From an uncultured virus (IMG/VR IMGVR_UViG_3300025383_000020) (Duplodnaviria > Heunggongvirae > Uroviricota > Caudoviricetes): 64,000 nucleotides of DNA. The translations under genes and the position numbers were made by a program. Below the pieces are notes generated by a model. It had not been told where the DNA came from and searched no databases. It worked only from the letters and a program-made list of their open reading frames with translations. Below, in pieces: positions 21,580 to 31,399 of the stretch (positions within the stretch are counted from its first letter, which is position 1; every line of letters begins with the position of its first letter). The stretch lies in IMG/VR virus record IMGVR_UViG_3300025383_000020. The stretch is one strand, 5' to 3'.

Positions 21580-23630
21580 GGACTAGCCGTTTTGTAAGCC
21601 TTACTCCGTATTGTGTGGTCGAATACATGTTTGACCAGTTAAACTCTACTGACTTTTATACAGATAACTTTACGTTATTGAAAAATAGTTATACTAATAC
21701 ACATCAAATATTTAATGATGAGGCTTCGTATAACACAACAAAGAATATACAGGGACTTAGCGCTACTGGATTAGGAAACAATACATACGTCTATTTAGAT
21801 TACGAGAAGATCCCTAATTATCTGCAATACGATAGTACAAATATCGTATCAGTACCAATTAACGGTCATGATGTTGTAATGGACCAAGTCCGTTTTCACT
21901 TTGTTTCAGGCTTTAGTTTTGATAACTTCAAAGCCCTAATACTTACTGTTAAAAATCCAGAAAACGACGGAAAAGAAAATATCTTTGCAAATATTCTTCT
22001 TTCCCCAATCACGTTGCCGCTAATGATGACGTTTAATCCCAAGCCTTTGTTTTTGGGAAATGCATTATATGACAGATACATTGACATCTTTGTTCCTTCA
22101 ATCAAGAATGTAAACGAAGATTACCAAATAGCTCTAAACCAGTCAACGACCTTTGCTGCTGCAATAACGCCAACTGATACTGGATATTCAGGATTCATTA
22201 ACAATAGTCCAATACTTATTGGTTTGTCCGAGTGCGGAACGTCTAGCACTCTATACACAAATATCGGTCAGACCTACCAAACTTATGGAGTGACTGAGTA
22301 TTTTGAAGCATCCGTTTCGCAAAGCAACGAGTTTGATGGAGTCGGAGCCTACATAAATGAAGCATCTGATGGAGACTATATTGATTTCTACCTAACATTT
22401 AATGGAGGCTTTCCTGAGGACCTAATCTCTATTCTAAATTCAAGAAATCCTTCTGCTGATTGGATAATCGTGCATCAGCTTAGCGTGTTTGAGCAAGTAG
22501 GAACAGATTTTATTAATACTTCAAGGTTTGCCTTTTTTCAAGAGAGCGCGTTTGATGCACCTAATGTATTTAGGCCTGTTCTTACGTATGCGAACGAAGC
22601 AGTCAGCATGTCAATTGACTATATTGCTAGGCTTACCAATAGACAGAATGGCGAGCAAATCATTCGTGAAGGATCATTTACCCTAACTTCTCCAAAAAAA
22701 TACGGAAGAAGCCTCGTTACAATGCCTTTACTTGATAAGCCGCAGTCACATAAGATCTACAATAAGCTTATACAAAATAGCTATGAAGCAACCAAGTTGT
22801 TTATTGAGCCTGCACTACCTAGCGCATTTAATCTGACTTCAACTACGACAACTGGTCAATCGACTATCACTAAGTACGTGCCAATCTTTTTTAATAACAA
22901 TAATATTTCAATTTCACACGCAAGTTCTCTAATCAAGACAAGCGATAAGACAGACGAAGTAGTGTTTGGTCCTGGTCAACTCAGATTTGTGCTTTCACCT
23001 TTTGACAATGTCATAAAGCTTAAAGTTTTTACTTCAAGCACATCGTCTAGCACAACGACTCTTACTCCGCTAGATCTAAACATCAATTCATCAACCTTTA
23101 AACTTGTGTTTGACACAGATAATGGAAAGATCTCTACCCTAAATGCAAACGATTCCCAATTGGAGAATCTATCAACTGGTGTAATTGTCTTTAAAGTATC
23201 AAAGGCAGACAGTTCGACTATTGTAAAATCAATGAGTCAAACAGTATACCTAGTCTCGGTTGCACCAGATGGAACCGAGACTCTGATGTACACCGGCGAA
23301 TGGAGAAACACAAGTCAACAGTCTGATGTCGATGCTGCGATAACTGCAGCAAGAGACGCAGCAAACACTGCACAAAACACGCAAACTGCACTAAACCAAA
23401 TAATTCAAAAGGTTACGGCAAACGAAGAAACTTTGGCCACTAAACAGCTATTGGATTCTAATAAATTAACACTCAAACCAATCGCACCGGCATCAATCGT
23501 TAATAAGTTTGGAGTTACTGCCGCGAAAGGAATACAACCGACTTCATCAACCGTTAAAGATACTGGAAGTACTACCACTAGTCAAGAGACAACAACCTCT
23601 AACAAGGTTGGAGTTACAACAGCTATTTAA
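21576..23630 (+). CDS. probable virion structural protein
   Basis: 684 aa, beta-rich, Thr-rich tail. Confidence 0.55.
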   Translation: MRTSRFVSLTPYCVVEYMFDQLNSTDFYTDNFTLLKNSYTNTHQIFNDEASYNTTKNIQGLSATGLGNNTYVYLDYEKIPNYLQYDSTNIVSVPINGHDVVMDQVRFHFVSGFSFDNFKALILTVKNPENDGKENIFANILLSPITLPLMMTFNPKPLFLGNALYDRYIDIFVPSIKNVNEDYQIALNQSTTFAAAITPTDTGYSGFINNSPILIGLSECGTSSTLYTNIGQTYQTYGVTEYFEASVSQSNEFDGVGAYINEASDGDYIDFYLTFNGGFPEDLISILNSRNPSADWIIVHQLSVFEQVGTDFINTSRFAFFQESAFDAPNVFRPVLTYANEAVSMSIDYIARLTNRQNGEQIIREGSFTLTSPKKYGRSLVTMPLLDKPQSHKIYNKLIQNSYEATKLFIEPALPSAFNLTSTTTTGQSTITKYVPIFFNNNNISISHASSLIKTSDKTDEVVFGPGQLRFVLSPFDNVIKLKVFTSSTSSSTTTLTPLDLNINSSTFKLVFDTDNGKISTLNANDSQLENLSTGVIVFKVSKADSSTIVKSMSQTVYLVSVAPDGTETLMYTGEWRNTSQQSDVDAAITAARDAANTAQNTQTALNQIIQKVTANEETLATKQLLDSNKLTLKPIAPASIVNKFGVTAAKGIQPTSSTVKDTGSTTTSQETTTSNKVGVTTAI

Positions 23631-23671
23631 TAGGGCATAGAGATAAATAAAATAAAAATAAGCACTGCAAA

Positions 23672-25270
23672 ATGACAAACTTTGTTCATTCAGTTCTATC
23701 TGAACTTACAAAAAATACTAGCTTAAACTCTGAGCCACTGGTGCAGATGCTAGTGGAATCAACTAATAAATCAATATCTTTGGGTGAAAGCTCAGAGAAA
23801 ATTTATAAGAGCCTAAAAAGTGGACTTACTACAGTAAACCATGCGCTTAAAAATCCTTTACTTGAGAATCTTATTTCTCAATTTGAAAAGAATGAAGTGA
23901 CTCCAGAATCAAAACTTGCTTCACTTGCAAAGGAAGTAAATATTGGATCTAGTCTCTCTGCAATAAAATTATCAAAGGCGTATGCAAACCCAATAATAAA
24001 GACTCAAGTTGATATGTTTGAATCTACAATTGCAAAGGGAGCTCCAGATTTTGGAATGAGTCCAAACTTTGTTAAGGCATTTGAAGTATATTCATATGAA
24101 CCTGCAGTAAAGAAGGAAGTAAATCGAGTTAAGGCTTACATGATCACTAACGAAGCTAAATTAAACATGCTTCACACAATATTCACATTTGAATCATTTG
24201 GATCTCCAATATATGCAGGAGTAGTTTCTGATCTTAAAGACATGTTGATCAACGAAAGTTATACTGCAGACATCCTTAAGATAAAATACGGTAATTCAAT
24301 TGGTCTAGTTAACGATTTGATCAATGCACTTCGTATTGTTGAATCAAGAGAGTCTAACGGTTTTACTTTAGGTGAAGGAAATGGTGACACTCGAGTAAGT
24401 AACTTAATTGCTCCAACTATAAAGATCGAAGAAGGAATGCTTCTCTATGCAGACAACAGATTTATTGCAATTCGTGAAGCCAAAGGATTGACTGGAAACG
24501 AATCTAAAGTATGTGTGGACGAATCTATTAAGATCACCGAAATGCAACCAGACTTTGTAAAATCAACTCAACCTCAATTTTACGCATTCTGTGAGGCACT
24601 AGCAACGCTAGGATTCGCAAAAACAGGTGACGGAATGGGAGTTGAATCTTCAGCAATTCGTAACTTTAAATTAGGATTCAAGATGAATGAAGGTAAAGAC
24701 TTTGATCTATACCTTAATGACACTAAGATGGATTCACTAGATTCAGTAAACGTTTCTGAAGCAGTAGCCCTTCAATCGGTTGCAATAAAAGAGAGACTTA
24801 ATCTAATTCTTGAAAACGTAGAGACTCTATGTAATCTTGAGTTCATCAAAGAAGTAACAAACGACCGTCTCCTAAAAGAAGCTCTTGTTCTTAACATAAA
24901 CGAAGAATTTTTTGTTTGTGAAAAAGTAAACGCAGCAGACAGAAAGTGGTCAAAGGTTGATGAGTTCAAACTCTTTGAATTATTCAAATCTAATTTTAAT
25001 TACGACATAAGCAATATATTTAAAACTAAGATCGAAGAAGGTTTTGCTGAGATCAAGAAAATCGAAGAGCAAAAGAAATCAATTGAACTTAGCATCTCTA
25101 AACTTGAACCATCTATCGCTAAAATATCAGAAGCATGCAAAGTAGCTGGATTGGATCCAACTGAAGTAAGCAAACTTGAAATGATCAAGGAAGAACTTGA
25201 AAATAAAGTTAACGAGCTAAAGAAGAACTATATCGCTTTGGACATTTATAAAAAAAAAGAATTAGTCTAA
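23672..25270 (+). CDS. probable head/core protein with C-terminal coiled coil
   Basis: 532 aa, several (L/I)xE(S) sites; ends in A9 run (see findings). Confidence 0.55.
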   Translation: MTNFVHSVLSELTKNTSLNSEPLVQMLVESTNKSISLGESSEKIYKSLKSGLTTVNHALKNPLLENLISQFEKNEVTPESKLASLAKEVNIGSSLSAIKLSKAYANPIIKTQVDMFESTIAKGAPDFGMSPNFVKAFEVYSYEPAVKKEVNRVKAYMITNEAKLNMLHTIFTFESFGSPIYAGVVSDLKDMLINESYTADILKIKYGNSIGLVNDLINALRIVESRESNGFTLGEGNGDTRVSNLIAPTIKIEEGMLLYADNRFIAIREAKGLTGNESKVCVDESIKITEMQPDFVKSTQPQFYAFCEALATLGFAKTGDGMGVESSAIRNFKLGFKMNEGKDFDLYLNDTKMDSLDSVNVSEAVALQSVAIKERLNLILENVETLCNLEFIKEVTNDRLLKEALVLNINEEFFVCEKVNAADRKWSKVDEFKLFELFKSNFNYDISNIFKTKIEEGFAEIKKIEEQKKSIELSISKLEPSIAKISEACKVAGLDPTEVSKLEMIKEELENKVNELKKNYIALDIYKKKELV

Positions 25271-25516
25271 ACGAAGAGATCGAAATCCACTCTAGAAAGA
25301 ATAAGTATCGAGTAGGAGAGACAGTAGAAGCTGGAGAGAGATTGGGAACGGTGACTGCGATCAATGGATCAACTGGAATTTATCTAGTGATGATAGGATC
25401 AAAAAACATACCATTTAAGGAATCACAACTAAAGAAACCGGCGGCAAAGTCAAAGAAGAAAGATACAGCAATGAAGAGAAATAAGATGCCTGCAGAAAGG
25501 GAATCTAAATTATAAG

Positions 25517-25543
25517 AAAAAGGGAGCAAATGCTCCCTTTTTA
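25517..25543 (+). terminator. intrinsic terminator
   Basis: AAAAGGGAGC-AAAT-GCTCCCTTTTT. Confidence 0.75.
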
Positions 25544-25619
25544 ATTTTATGAAGTCTTTTAGTATAGTATAAGCGAGAACTGACGGCTTTCCCCATAGTA
25601 TAACTATAAAACACATAAA

Positions 25620-26423
25620 ATGGATACAAGAATAGACTTTAATACTGCTAAGAAGTTTGACCAGCTCGAACTAGTAGATTGGAAAACTCGATATGCAGAT
25701 TTTAAGTTCTACGTAAGAAAGGGCCTACAGGAAGTCAAGTACAACATCGGAACGAATGTTACCAAGAGCCCAAATAGCGGAGAATACATCAAGCCACTCA
25801 CTTCTGCAGCATACGGACCTGCAATGAACGTCAATGAGGTATTCAACCAAGACGATATCTGGTTAGATATTGGCGGACACATCGGATGTTTTGCAATAAG
25901 AATGGCAAAGCAATTTCCTAAGATCCAAAAAGTTGTTTCATATGAAGCTCTACCGCACAACGTCTCTTTTGCCTTGGAGAATATTGCAATCAATGATGTG
26001 AAAGGCACATGCGAATATGTACAGAAAGCGATTGTTCCCGGAAATGATAAAGACATTAGCTTCTTTATCTCAAGTGATTCAGGCAAACACTCTATCCTTC
26101 CAATAAACGGCAGGGACACTATAATCGTACCGGCGATCAACATCAATGAAGCAATCAAGCAACATGGTGCAACTGCGATCAAAATGGATGTGGAAGGAGC
26201 AGAATACGACCTAATCAAGGCAGTGACTGACTGGTCAAAAATAAGAGTCGTTATTGTTGAATACCACTTCATGTACAAGCCGCTCAAGGCAAATAGAGTA
26301 CAGAAGTTCCAAGAGATCATGGAAATAATCAGTGCAAATTTCGATACCGTTCGTAAGATCGAAAGCGTTGAATACGGCAAGAACTTCATTACTCACTTTG
26401 TTGGAATCAAGACCGGTGCATAA
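25620..26423 (+). CDS. FkbM-family SAM methyltransferase
   Basis: LDIGGHIG, YEA.P.N, IKMDVEGAEY, VEYH. Confidence 0.85.
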   Translation: MDTRIDFNTAKKFDQLELVDWKTRYADFKFYVRKGLQEVKYNIGTNVTKSPNSGEYIKPLTSAAYGPAMNVNEVFNQDDIWLDIGGHIGCFAIRMAKQFPKIQKVVSYEALPHNVSFALENIAINDVKGTCEYVQKAIVPGNDKDISFFISSDSGKHSILPINGRDTIIVPAININEAIKQHGATAIKMDVEGAEYDLIKAVTDWSKIRVVIVEYHFMYKPLKANRVQKFQEIMEIISANFDTVRKIESVEYGKNFITHFVGIKTGA

Positions 26424-26862
26424 TAGTCCATACAATTTACTACAAGAAATCTATCGTAAGCATCCCTGGAGGATGCTCATCTGCTGTATAATGCTTAACT
26501 GTACTTCAAGAAAGCAGGTGGATCAGGTTCGAGAAGAATTTTTTAAGCGCTATCCGGATGCACTTGAAGCTGAGATGGCAGATCCTGAAGAAATGGCAGA
26601 GCTAATTGCCCCGCTTGGATTTAAAAACCGAAGAACTAGCACAATAATCAGGTTCTCACACGACTGGGTCAATTTAGATTGGGAAGAGCCTAGTGAGTTA
26701 TATGGAATAGGCAAGTACGGACAGGATTCATGGGAGATATTCCAGAAAGGCAATCTAAACGTTGAGCCGACTGACGGAGTTCTTAATACTTATCTTGATT
26801 GGGCAAAAACCCAAGTCAACGAACCCAGTATAACAAATTATGTTTCCGAATCTAACAAATAG
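26416..26862 (+). CDS. MBD4-like HhH-GPD DNA glycosylase
   Basis: PWRMLICCIMLNCT, PLGF..RR, LYGIGKYGQDSW.IF, D..L..Y; GTG start at 26416 inferred. Confidence 0.8.
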   Translation: MHNSPYNLLQEIYRKHPWRMLICCIMLNCTSRKQVDQVREEFFKRYPDALEAEMADPEEMAELIAPLGFKNRRTSTIIRFSHDWVNLDWEEPSELYGIGKYGQDSWEIFQKGNLNVEPTDGVLNTYLDWAKTQVNEPSITNYVSESNK

Positions 26863-26934
26863 CACTAAGCAAGCAACCGTTATCACTCTTGCTATAGTGA
26901 TAACCATCTTATCACTTCTAATATTTTGTCTTAT

Positions 26935-28008
26935 ATGAAAGGACTTTATGCATACTTTGGTCTGCTTGACCTGCACACAATTGACTCTCCTGGACACTCA
27001 TTCTATCAATTGGGTCTAATGGACTCAATCTGCCAAGAATTTGGGATCAATGGACTCGATTTCTTTTCCTATTATCCGGAGAATGAAATAAAGTCTACTG
27101 AATACCATAACTATCCGGATACTCAGCTTGGCAAGCTATTTACTGAGTATCTAGCGCAAATTGTTGAAAAAAAAGAAATGGATCTTGAAGCCGTGGTGAA
27201 AGCCATAGCAAAAAAGGAATATAAAAAGCTGTTTCTTAAGGCTAGATTTAGAAATCTTTCTACTCTCACTAAAAAATGGAAAGATGCTAGCTATTTTGAA
27301 GAGATTATCGATACTGCAATTCATTCAGGGTACGCAAAAGAAGACATTATTATACTGGACACCGATCTTTCTCTTTCTGACTCTTTTGTCAAAGAGTATG
27401 AATCTCGAGTGACCATTAAAATACCGTCTATTGATTTTCCAGGAATATCGATGTCTTTCCTAGACAAGTGCATAGAAATTCGTAAGGCTGAAAAAAGCAA
27501 AGAGTTTGGTCCAGTTTTCTATGGAAATATTGATACTACGAACTACAAGAGTGGAAATGCAAAGAGTGAAATGCTCGGCGACGTCCTTACTTACTTTAAA
27601 AATAACGCTAGATTTGTCGAAGAACCGTTTACAATAATAAGTAAAGGTTCAGATATTAAATCCATCGATGAATCAGTCCACACAATCGACCGCAGAAATC
27701 GTCACTTGATCTGGGACGAGCTTGAAAGAAAGTCAATCATGCTCAATGTCACCAAGGCAAAATACGCAGAGAGAAAATTCATTCCGGCCAGGATATACGA
27801 AGCACTGATCTTTGGCATGATCCCAGTATCTTATGACTTTGAATTTCTAAGCAACACATTCTCATTCAGCACAATGGCAGATCTCAATGAGATTATTCGT
27901 TACCTAAAGGAGTGTTCGCAAGAAGACTTGACCAAAGCCTATCTGCATTTCGTCAATCAATACAAGGAATATGAGGCAAGCCGAATTTTAAGTATCACAA
28001 CTAAATAA
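26935..28008 (+). CDS. GT-B glycosyltransferase (beta-glucosyltransferase-like)
   Basis: FYGN...; C-terminal PARIYEALIFGMIPV motif. Confidence 0.55.
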   Translation: MKGLYAYFGLLDLHTIDSPGHSFYQLGLMDSICQEFGINGLDFFSYYPENEIKSTEYHNYPDTQLGKLFTEYLAQIVEKKEMDLEAVVKAIAKKEYKKLFLKARFRNLSTLTKKWKDASYFEEIIDTAIHSGYAKEDIIILDTDLSLSDSFVKEYESRVTIKIPSIDFPGISMSFLDKCIEIRKAEKSKEFGPVFYGNIDTTNYKSGNAKSEMLGDVLTYFKNNARFVEEPFTIISKGSDIKSIDESVHTIDRRNRHLIWDELERKSIMLNVTKAKYAERKFIPARIYEALIFGMIPVSYDFEFLSNTFSFSTMADLNEIIRYLKECSQEDLTKAYLHFVNQYKEYEASRILSITTK

Positions 28009-28028
28009 ATAATAAGAAAGACTACTAA

Positions 28029-29885
28029 ATGTATAGTTTTTCTGAATACTTAGACAGGAATAATTACGATTATTACGCACGACAAATACTTACCCAAAAC
28101 GAACAAGTAATAACTCACGCCTTAACTTTTGAGAATATTACATGGGAAGCAGATCTACTAAACTCAGTAGAGGATCTCATACCGGAAAGTTTCAATTTAC
28201 ACTTAGACTTGATCCTAGATGGAGGATCTAAAGCCATATCTCACTACTACCACGAATTAGCAAAAGGCAAAAACGTAATTTTAGAGAAAGCCAAGGCAAC
28301 TCTAGATTCAGCAAGTGTCACTCAAATTGACGAGGCATTTACCTCATTTATGCATGAGGTCAAAACAAAAATATCACAGCTAAACGAACAGTTTACCTCA
28401 ACGGTTGATCCTGGAATGGCGGCTGCCGGCATTGATCCTGATTCCATTACCAAAGCAATGGCAGGGTTTAAAACTGACGGTGACACAGATAAAAGTAAAT
28501 CTGGAATATTTGAAACGATTAAAGAATTACTTAGTGCCTTAACCGAAGGTGGAAGTTTCTTTGGAATCCTACAGCTTATTTTAGATGTAGTTGGACTTAT
28601 CGGTGGACCGGGTTGGGGCACAGCCGCCGACTCTATAAATGCAATCATCTATTTTCTTAGGGGTAAAACTTTACTTGGAATATTATCAATTGTATCTGCA
28701 ATTCTTGGCGCAGCCGCAGGCCCTTTAAAAATGCTTAAGTTTGGAAAATCTGCAGCAAAAACTGAGGAGATCATAATAACTTTAACCAAGAGTGGAAAGT
28801 CAAGGGAAGCTGCTGAAATGTTAGTAAAACTTCCAGCAAAAGAGCAAGGAATTGTTATGAAAGCTCTGCGATTTATTGCGGGCAACATAACGGAAGTAAT
28901 GGCAAAGGCAGGTAGCGCAGTTTCCAAGTTTTTTACTGAGTTTCTAACAAAGGTTACAAGCTGGATTCCTGGAATAGGTGGTCCACTTAAAACTGTGTTT
29001 GAAAAGATTGGTGCAACTTTGGAAAAATGGACTGCAAGTTTAACTACCTTTTCTAAGGAATTTAAAGAGGCTGAGTCTACTGCTATTAAAATTTCAATGA
29101 AGGAAGCTGGCACACATATTGCAACTATGCTTCAAAAGGGCGGCAAGATGGAATTAGATGAGGCCGCAAACCTAGTGAGAGTCTTGGATAAAGAGGGAAA
29201 ACCAATCGGCTCTTTTTCAAAAGAGTTTTTGAAGAAGTCTAAGGTGCTAAACGATAAAATGCCCGGACTATATAAAGATCCTAAAGCTCTAGTTAACTAT
29301 TACAATTCAGTAAGCAAAACAACTCCTAAATTTACAGAAGCGATCGGTAATTTCTTTTCTACTGCATTTAAGGCTAAATTTAATACTGCAAAGCTTGCGA
29401 TATTCCTAGGAAAGGAATTTATTAAATATTCTACAGGAAACCCTAAACAGGGCCTAACCCTGACTGAACCTGAATATCAATATTATGGAAATTCTACATT
29501 GAATTCTATTATAAAAGATGAAATGAAGAAAAAGGAGGATGCGACTGGCGCAAAATATGCAGCTGAAGTTACTCTAGATTCGTCAGATGAATCGACGATG
29601 AAATTAGTAACTGGTTATCAAAACGAGTATGCAAAACTTGTAGGCGAGCCAAGCATAATAAATGTTGCTTATAACAAATTTAGAAACGACGATACTGAAA
29701 ACGAGTTTAAAGAATTTTGGGATAGCGTTGCTGCTGGTAAAGTAAAGAAAGAAGAGGATGGAGCCGTTGTAAGAACAAATGCCGACTCAGAAGCTGAGCC
29801 TGCTCCTTCTGAGAGGCCCTACAATGAATCCTTTTCTGGAAACAAGATACTTTCTTATTCAGAATACCGTAAATTTAGCCGATAA
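28029..29885 (+). CDS. virion protein with pre-toxin TG-like segment
   Basis: LDVVGLIGGPGWGTAADSINAIIY..RG...G.LS resembles PT-TG domain. Confidence 0.5.
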   Translation: MYSFSEYLDRNNYDYYARQILTQNEQVITHALTFENITWEADLLNSVEDLIPESFNLHLDLILDGGSKAISHYYHELAKGKNVILEKAKATLDSASVTQIDEAFTSFMHEVKTKISQLNEQFTSTVDPGMAAAGIDPDSITKAMAGFKTDGDTDKSKSGIFETIKELLSALTEGGSFFGILQLILDVVGLIGGPGWGTAADSINAIIYFLRGKTLLGILSIVSAILGAAAGPLKMLKFGKSAAKTEEIIITLTKSGKSREAAEMLVKLPAKEQGIVMKALRFIAGNITEVMAKAGSAVSKFFTEFLTKVTSWIPGIGGPLKTVFEKIGATLEKWTASLTTFSKEFKEAESTAIKISMKEAGTHIATMLQKGGKMELDEAANLVRVLDKEGKPIGSFSKEFLKKSKVLNDKMPGLYKDPKALVNYYNSVSKTTPKFTEAIGNFFSTAFKAKFNTAKLAIFLGKEFIKYSTGNPKQGLTLTEPEYQYYGNSTLNSIIKDEMKKKEDATGAKYAAEVTLDSSDESTMKLVTGYQNEYAKLVGEPSIINVAYNKFRNDDTENEFKEFWDSVAAGKVKKEEDGAVVRTNADSEAEPAPSERPYNESFSGNKILSYSEYRKFSR

Positions 29886-29886
29886 G

Positions 29887-30726
29887 ATGAAATTAGAGAA
29901 ATTTAAAACCTACTCCCAAAGGTACGAAAAGGACCCTAGAAACTTTGAAAAAATGGTGATTTTTGCTTCACCTAGCGATAAGGGTCTTGATCTTTTTGAA
30001 ACAATACACGATGCTAAATTGTTAGGCAAGCCTTTTGAAAAGCCAGTAGTCACATGGAACGGATTTGAATTGGGTCTTAATGAGAGCCATACAGTATTCA
30101 ATAGGATCCAGATGCCAGAATACGAGGAAGTTGCCGATGCTTTTAAAGAAGAACCATTTATTCCAAAAACAGTCTCCTCTCGAAATGCAGTAAGCGGGCT
30201 AACGTTTCCAATAACTGGAATATCCGGTTCTGACAGGGAAGACTTTAAAACTCTAGGCAAATTTAAAAAGTCCGAGAAGACCTTTGATAAGTTTAGGGAA
30301 AAGTTGGTACCTCTCACTAGATTCTCAGTGCTTGCCTTTAAAGGTGAACCGATTCACATACAGGAAAAAATAAATAAGGCAGGATTTGATATTGATCCGG
30401 AAAGATTCAAGTATCAGGAGAGCATCTCTGACGCTCTAAAAAAGATCCATGCAAAATATCCTACTGATTTTCAAAATTTTGATTTCATAGATGTTGGCGG
30501 AGGCCGAGCCTACCTAGAGTCGTTTGATTCAAACTCAAAGCTGACCCCTTCCCAATTGGTAAAGATGTACGAATCGGTCTATGAGAACTATTATGAAACT
30601 CGACTACCTAGCTGGTTTAAAAACCAATTATTTGAAAAATATGTAAAACCGTATTTGGCAACTAAGTACTTTGATTCTATGCTACTAAAGCCAAAAAATT
30701 CAATGGACTTCAAAAAATTTATATAA
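29887..30726 (+). CDS. hypothetical protein (possibly degenerate ATP-grasp)
   Basis: FIPKTV...LTFPI...RFSVLAFKGEPIHIQE; start reassigned to ATG 29887. Confidence 0.4.
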   Translation: MKLEKFKTYSQRYEKDPRNFEKMVIFASPSDKGLDLFETIHDAKLLGKPFEKPVVTWNGFELGLNESHTVFNRIQMPEYEEVADAFKEEPFIPKTVSSRNAVSGLTFPITGISGSDREDFKTLGKFKKSEKTFDKFREKLVPLTRFSVLAFKGEPIHIQEKINKAGFDIDPERFKYQESISDALKKIHAKYPTDFQNFDFIDVGGGRAYLESFDSNSKLTPSQLVKMYESVYENYYETRLPSWFKNQLFEKYVKPYLATKYFDSMLLKPKNSMDFKKFI

Positions 30727-30918
30727 GTGATCATAATTGATTGTAATAACAAAAAGTTTGAAATGTGTCTCAAGGAGTATCGCAAGAGAAGCGACAAGGC
30801 TGGCACAATTAGTGAATTAGTTAAACGTAAGAAACACACAAAACCTTCTGAAAAAAGAAGAGCCGAGATTCTTGCTGCAAAATATCGTAACCTAAAAGCA
30901 AAAAATGATGAACTTTAA
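30727..30918 (+). CDS. rpsU: ribosomal protein bS21
   Basis: 63-aa basic protein, LKEYRK...ELVKRKKHTKPSEKRR...A.YR. Confidence 0.88.
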   Translation: MIIIDCNNKKFEMCLKEYRKRSDKAGTISELVKRKKHTKPSEKRRAEILAAKYRNLKAKNDEL

Positions 30919-31384
30919 CGAATTCATAAATGAGGAGTCTCTGGAAAGCAGATCTGCCGCTGGAGTTGCCATCATTTACAATAACAAGATATTGCTAGTT
31001 CATCCTACTGGAGCTTCATGGCAAAAGGGGACTTGCGGTATTCCAAAGGGAGGTATTGATCCTCATGAAGACACACTAGATGCTGCACTCAGGGAACTAA
31101 AGGAGGAGACTGGAATAACTCTTGATCCTTCTGCTCTAGACAAGTCGCCTGAAGTAGTCGTATCACAACACCCCAAGAAAAATAAGTTACGTCACCTCAC
31201 GTACTACATCTGCCGAATATCGGATCTATCCAAGATCGGACTCACGTCCGAAAGGGTACCCAAAGATCAACTACAGCTCGAAGAGATTGATTGGGCAAAA
31301 TTTATGAGCGCTGAGGAAGCCTATCCAATAATGGCACAGAGCCAGTTGATTATCCTAGATCGTCACCTTACTCTAAATAAATAA
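30905..31384 (+). CDS. NUDIX hydrolase
   Basis: Nudix box GGIDPHEDTLDAALRELKEETG. Confidence 0.9.
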   Translation: MMNFNEFINEESLESRSAAGVAIIYNNKILLVHPTGASWQKGTCGIPKGGIDPHEDTLDAALRELKEETGITLDPSALDKSPEVVVSQHPKKNKLRHLTYYICRISDLSKIGLTSERVPKDQLQLEEIDWAKFMSAEEAYPIMAQSQLIILDRHLTLNK

Positions 31385-31399
31385 AAATAAAGAGTAGAA

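Noticed and set aside
25709..26389. 226-aa antisense ORF and similar shadow ORFs
   Set aside because: Opposite well-supported genes; no motifs
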